Shown: positions 56,844 to 56,894 of the stretch, piece after piece | Position numbering within the stretch: position 1 is the first letter of the stretch | Layout: every line of letters starts with the position of its first letter | Origin: a virus | Lineage: Duplodnaviria; Caudoviricetes | Virus record (IMG/VR): IMGVR_UViG_3300047299_000127 | Span: 1-56,894 of that record | Strand: one strand, 5' to 3' | DNA: 56,894 nt | The notes under the pieces: generated by a model | Databases searched by the model: none | What the model saw: only the letters and a program-made list of their open reading frames with translations | Told to the model about the DNA's origin: nothing | Program-made: the position numbers and the translations under genes

Positions 56844-56894
56844 GCAATGTCCTCGCGCAGCTTGAACTTGAGCAGTTCGTAGACGGTCTGGCGC
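56768..56894 (+). repeat. 127-bp terminal direct repeat, copy 2
   Basis: Identical to 1-127; genes read continuously across the junction. Confidence 0.95.

Larger units (their letters stand above)
1..56894. mobile_element. Complete temperate podovirus-type phage genome (Bcep22/DC1-like organisation), circular form
   Basis: Terminase, portal, capsid, tail, lysis, repressor, integrase and intact attP all present; no host genes; ends overlap by 127 bp; no tape-measure or sheath gene seen. Confidence 0.93.

Overview
This is a complete circular temperate phage genome of about 56.8 kb. Bases 1-127 repeat exactly at 56768-56894, most likely an assembler overlap. The layout is podovirus-type and resembles Burkholderia Bcep22/DC1-like phages; a Betaproteobacterial host is inferred. 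The late modules are on the minus strand: terminase, portal, a holin/SAR-endolysin/Rz/Rz1 lysis cassette, scaffold, CsrA-like protein, N4-gp56-type capsid, adaptors, tail and fibre genes, ejection proteins, and a 4516-aa DarB-like polyvalent protein. Also present are a cI/cro switch, a YdaU/P-like replication module, a plus-strand early region (YqaJ/RecT, DUF2303, MazG-like, SSB, glutaredoxin, AlpA), and a P4-type integrase with an intact attP carrying a guaA-like 3' end. Most notable: (1) the giant virion protein carries a RelA/SpoT-like nucleotidyltransferase domain and hides at least four small nested genes in its linkers, two of them diverging from a copy of the phage repressor operator, which may be an embedded toxin-immunity system; (2) the capsid 5' UTR, just downstream of the phage csrA-like gene, can fold as a CsrA-type translational switch; (3) a DDxxD prenyltransferase-like gene sits next to the ejection-protein gene; (4) a tail protein appears split by a CFI-box domain next to an NlpC/P60 peptidase; (5) a 15-bp motif precedes the late operons. 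All family calls are from motif recognition by eye; no database searches were run.
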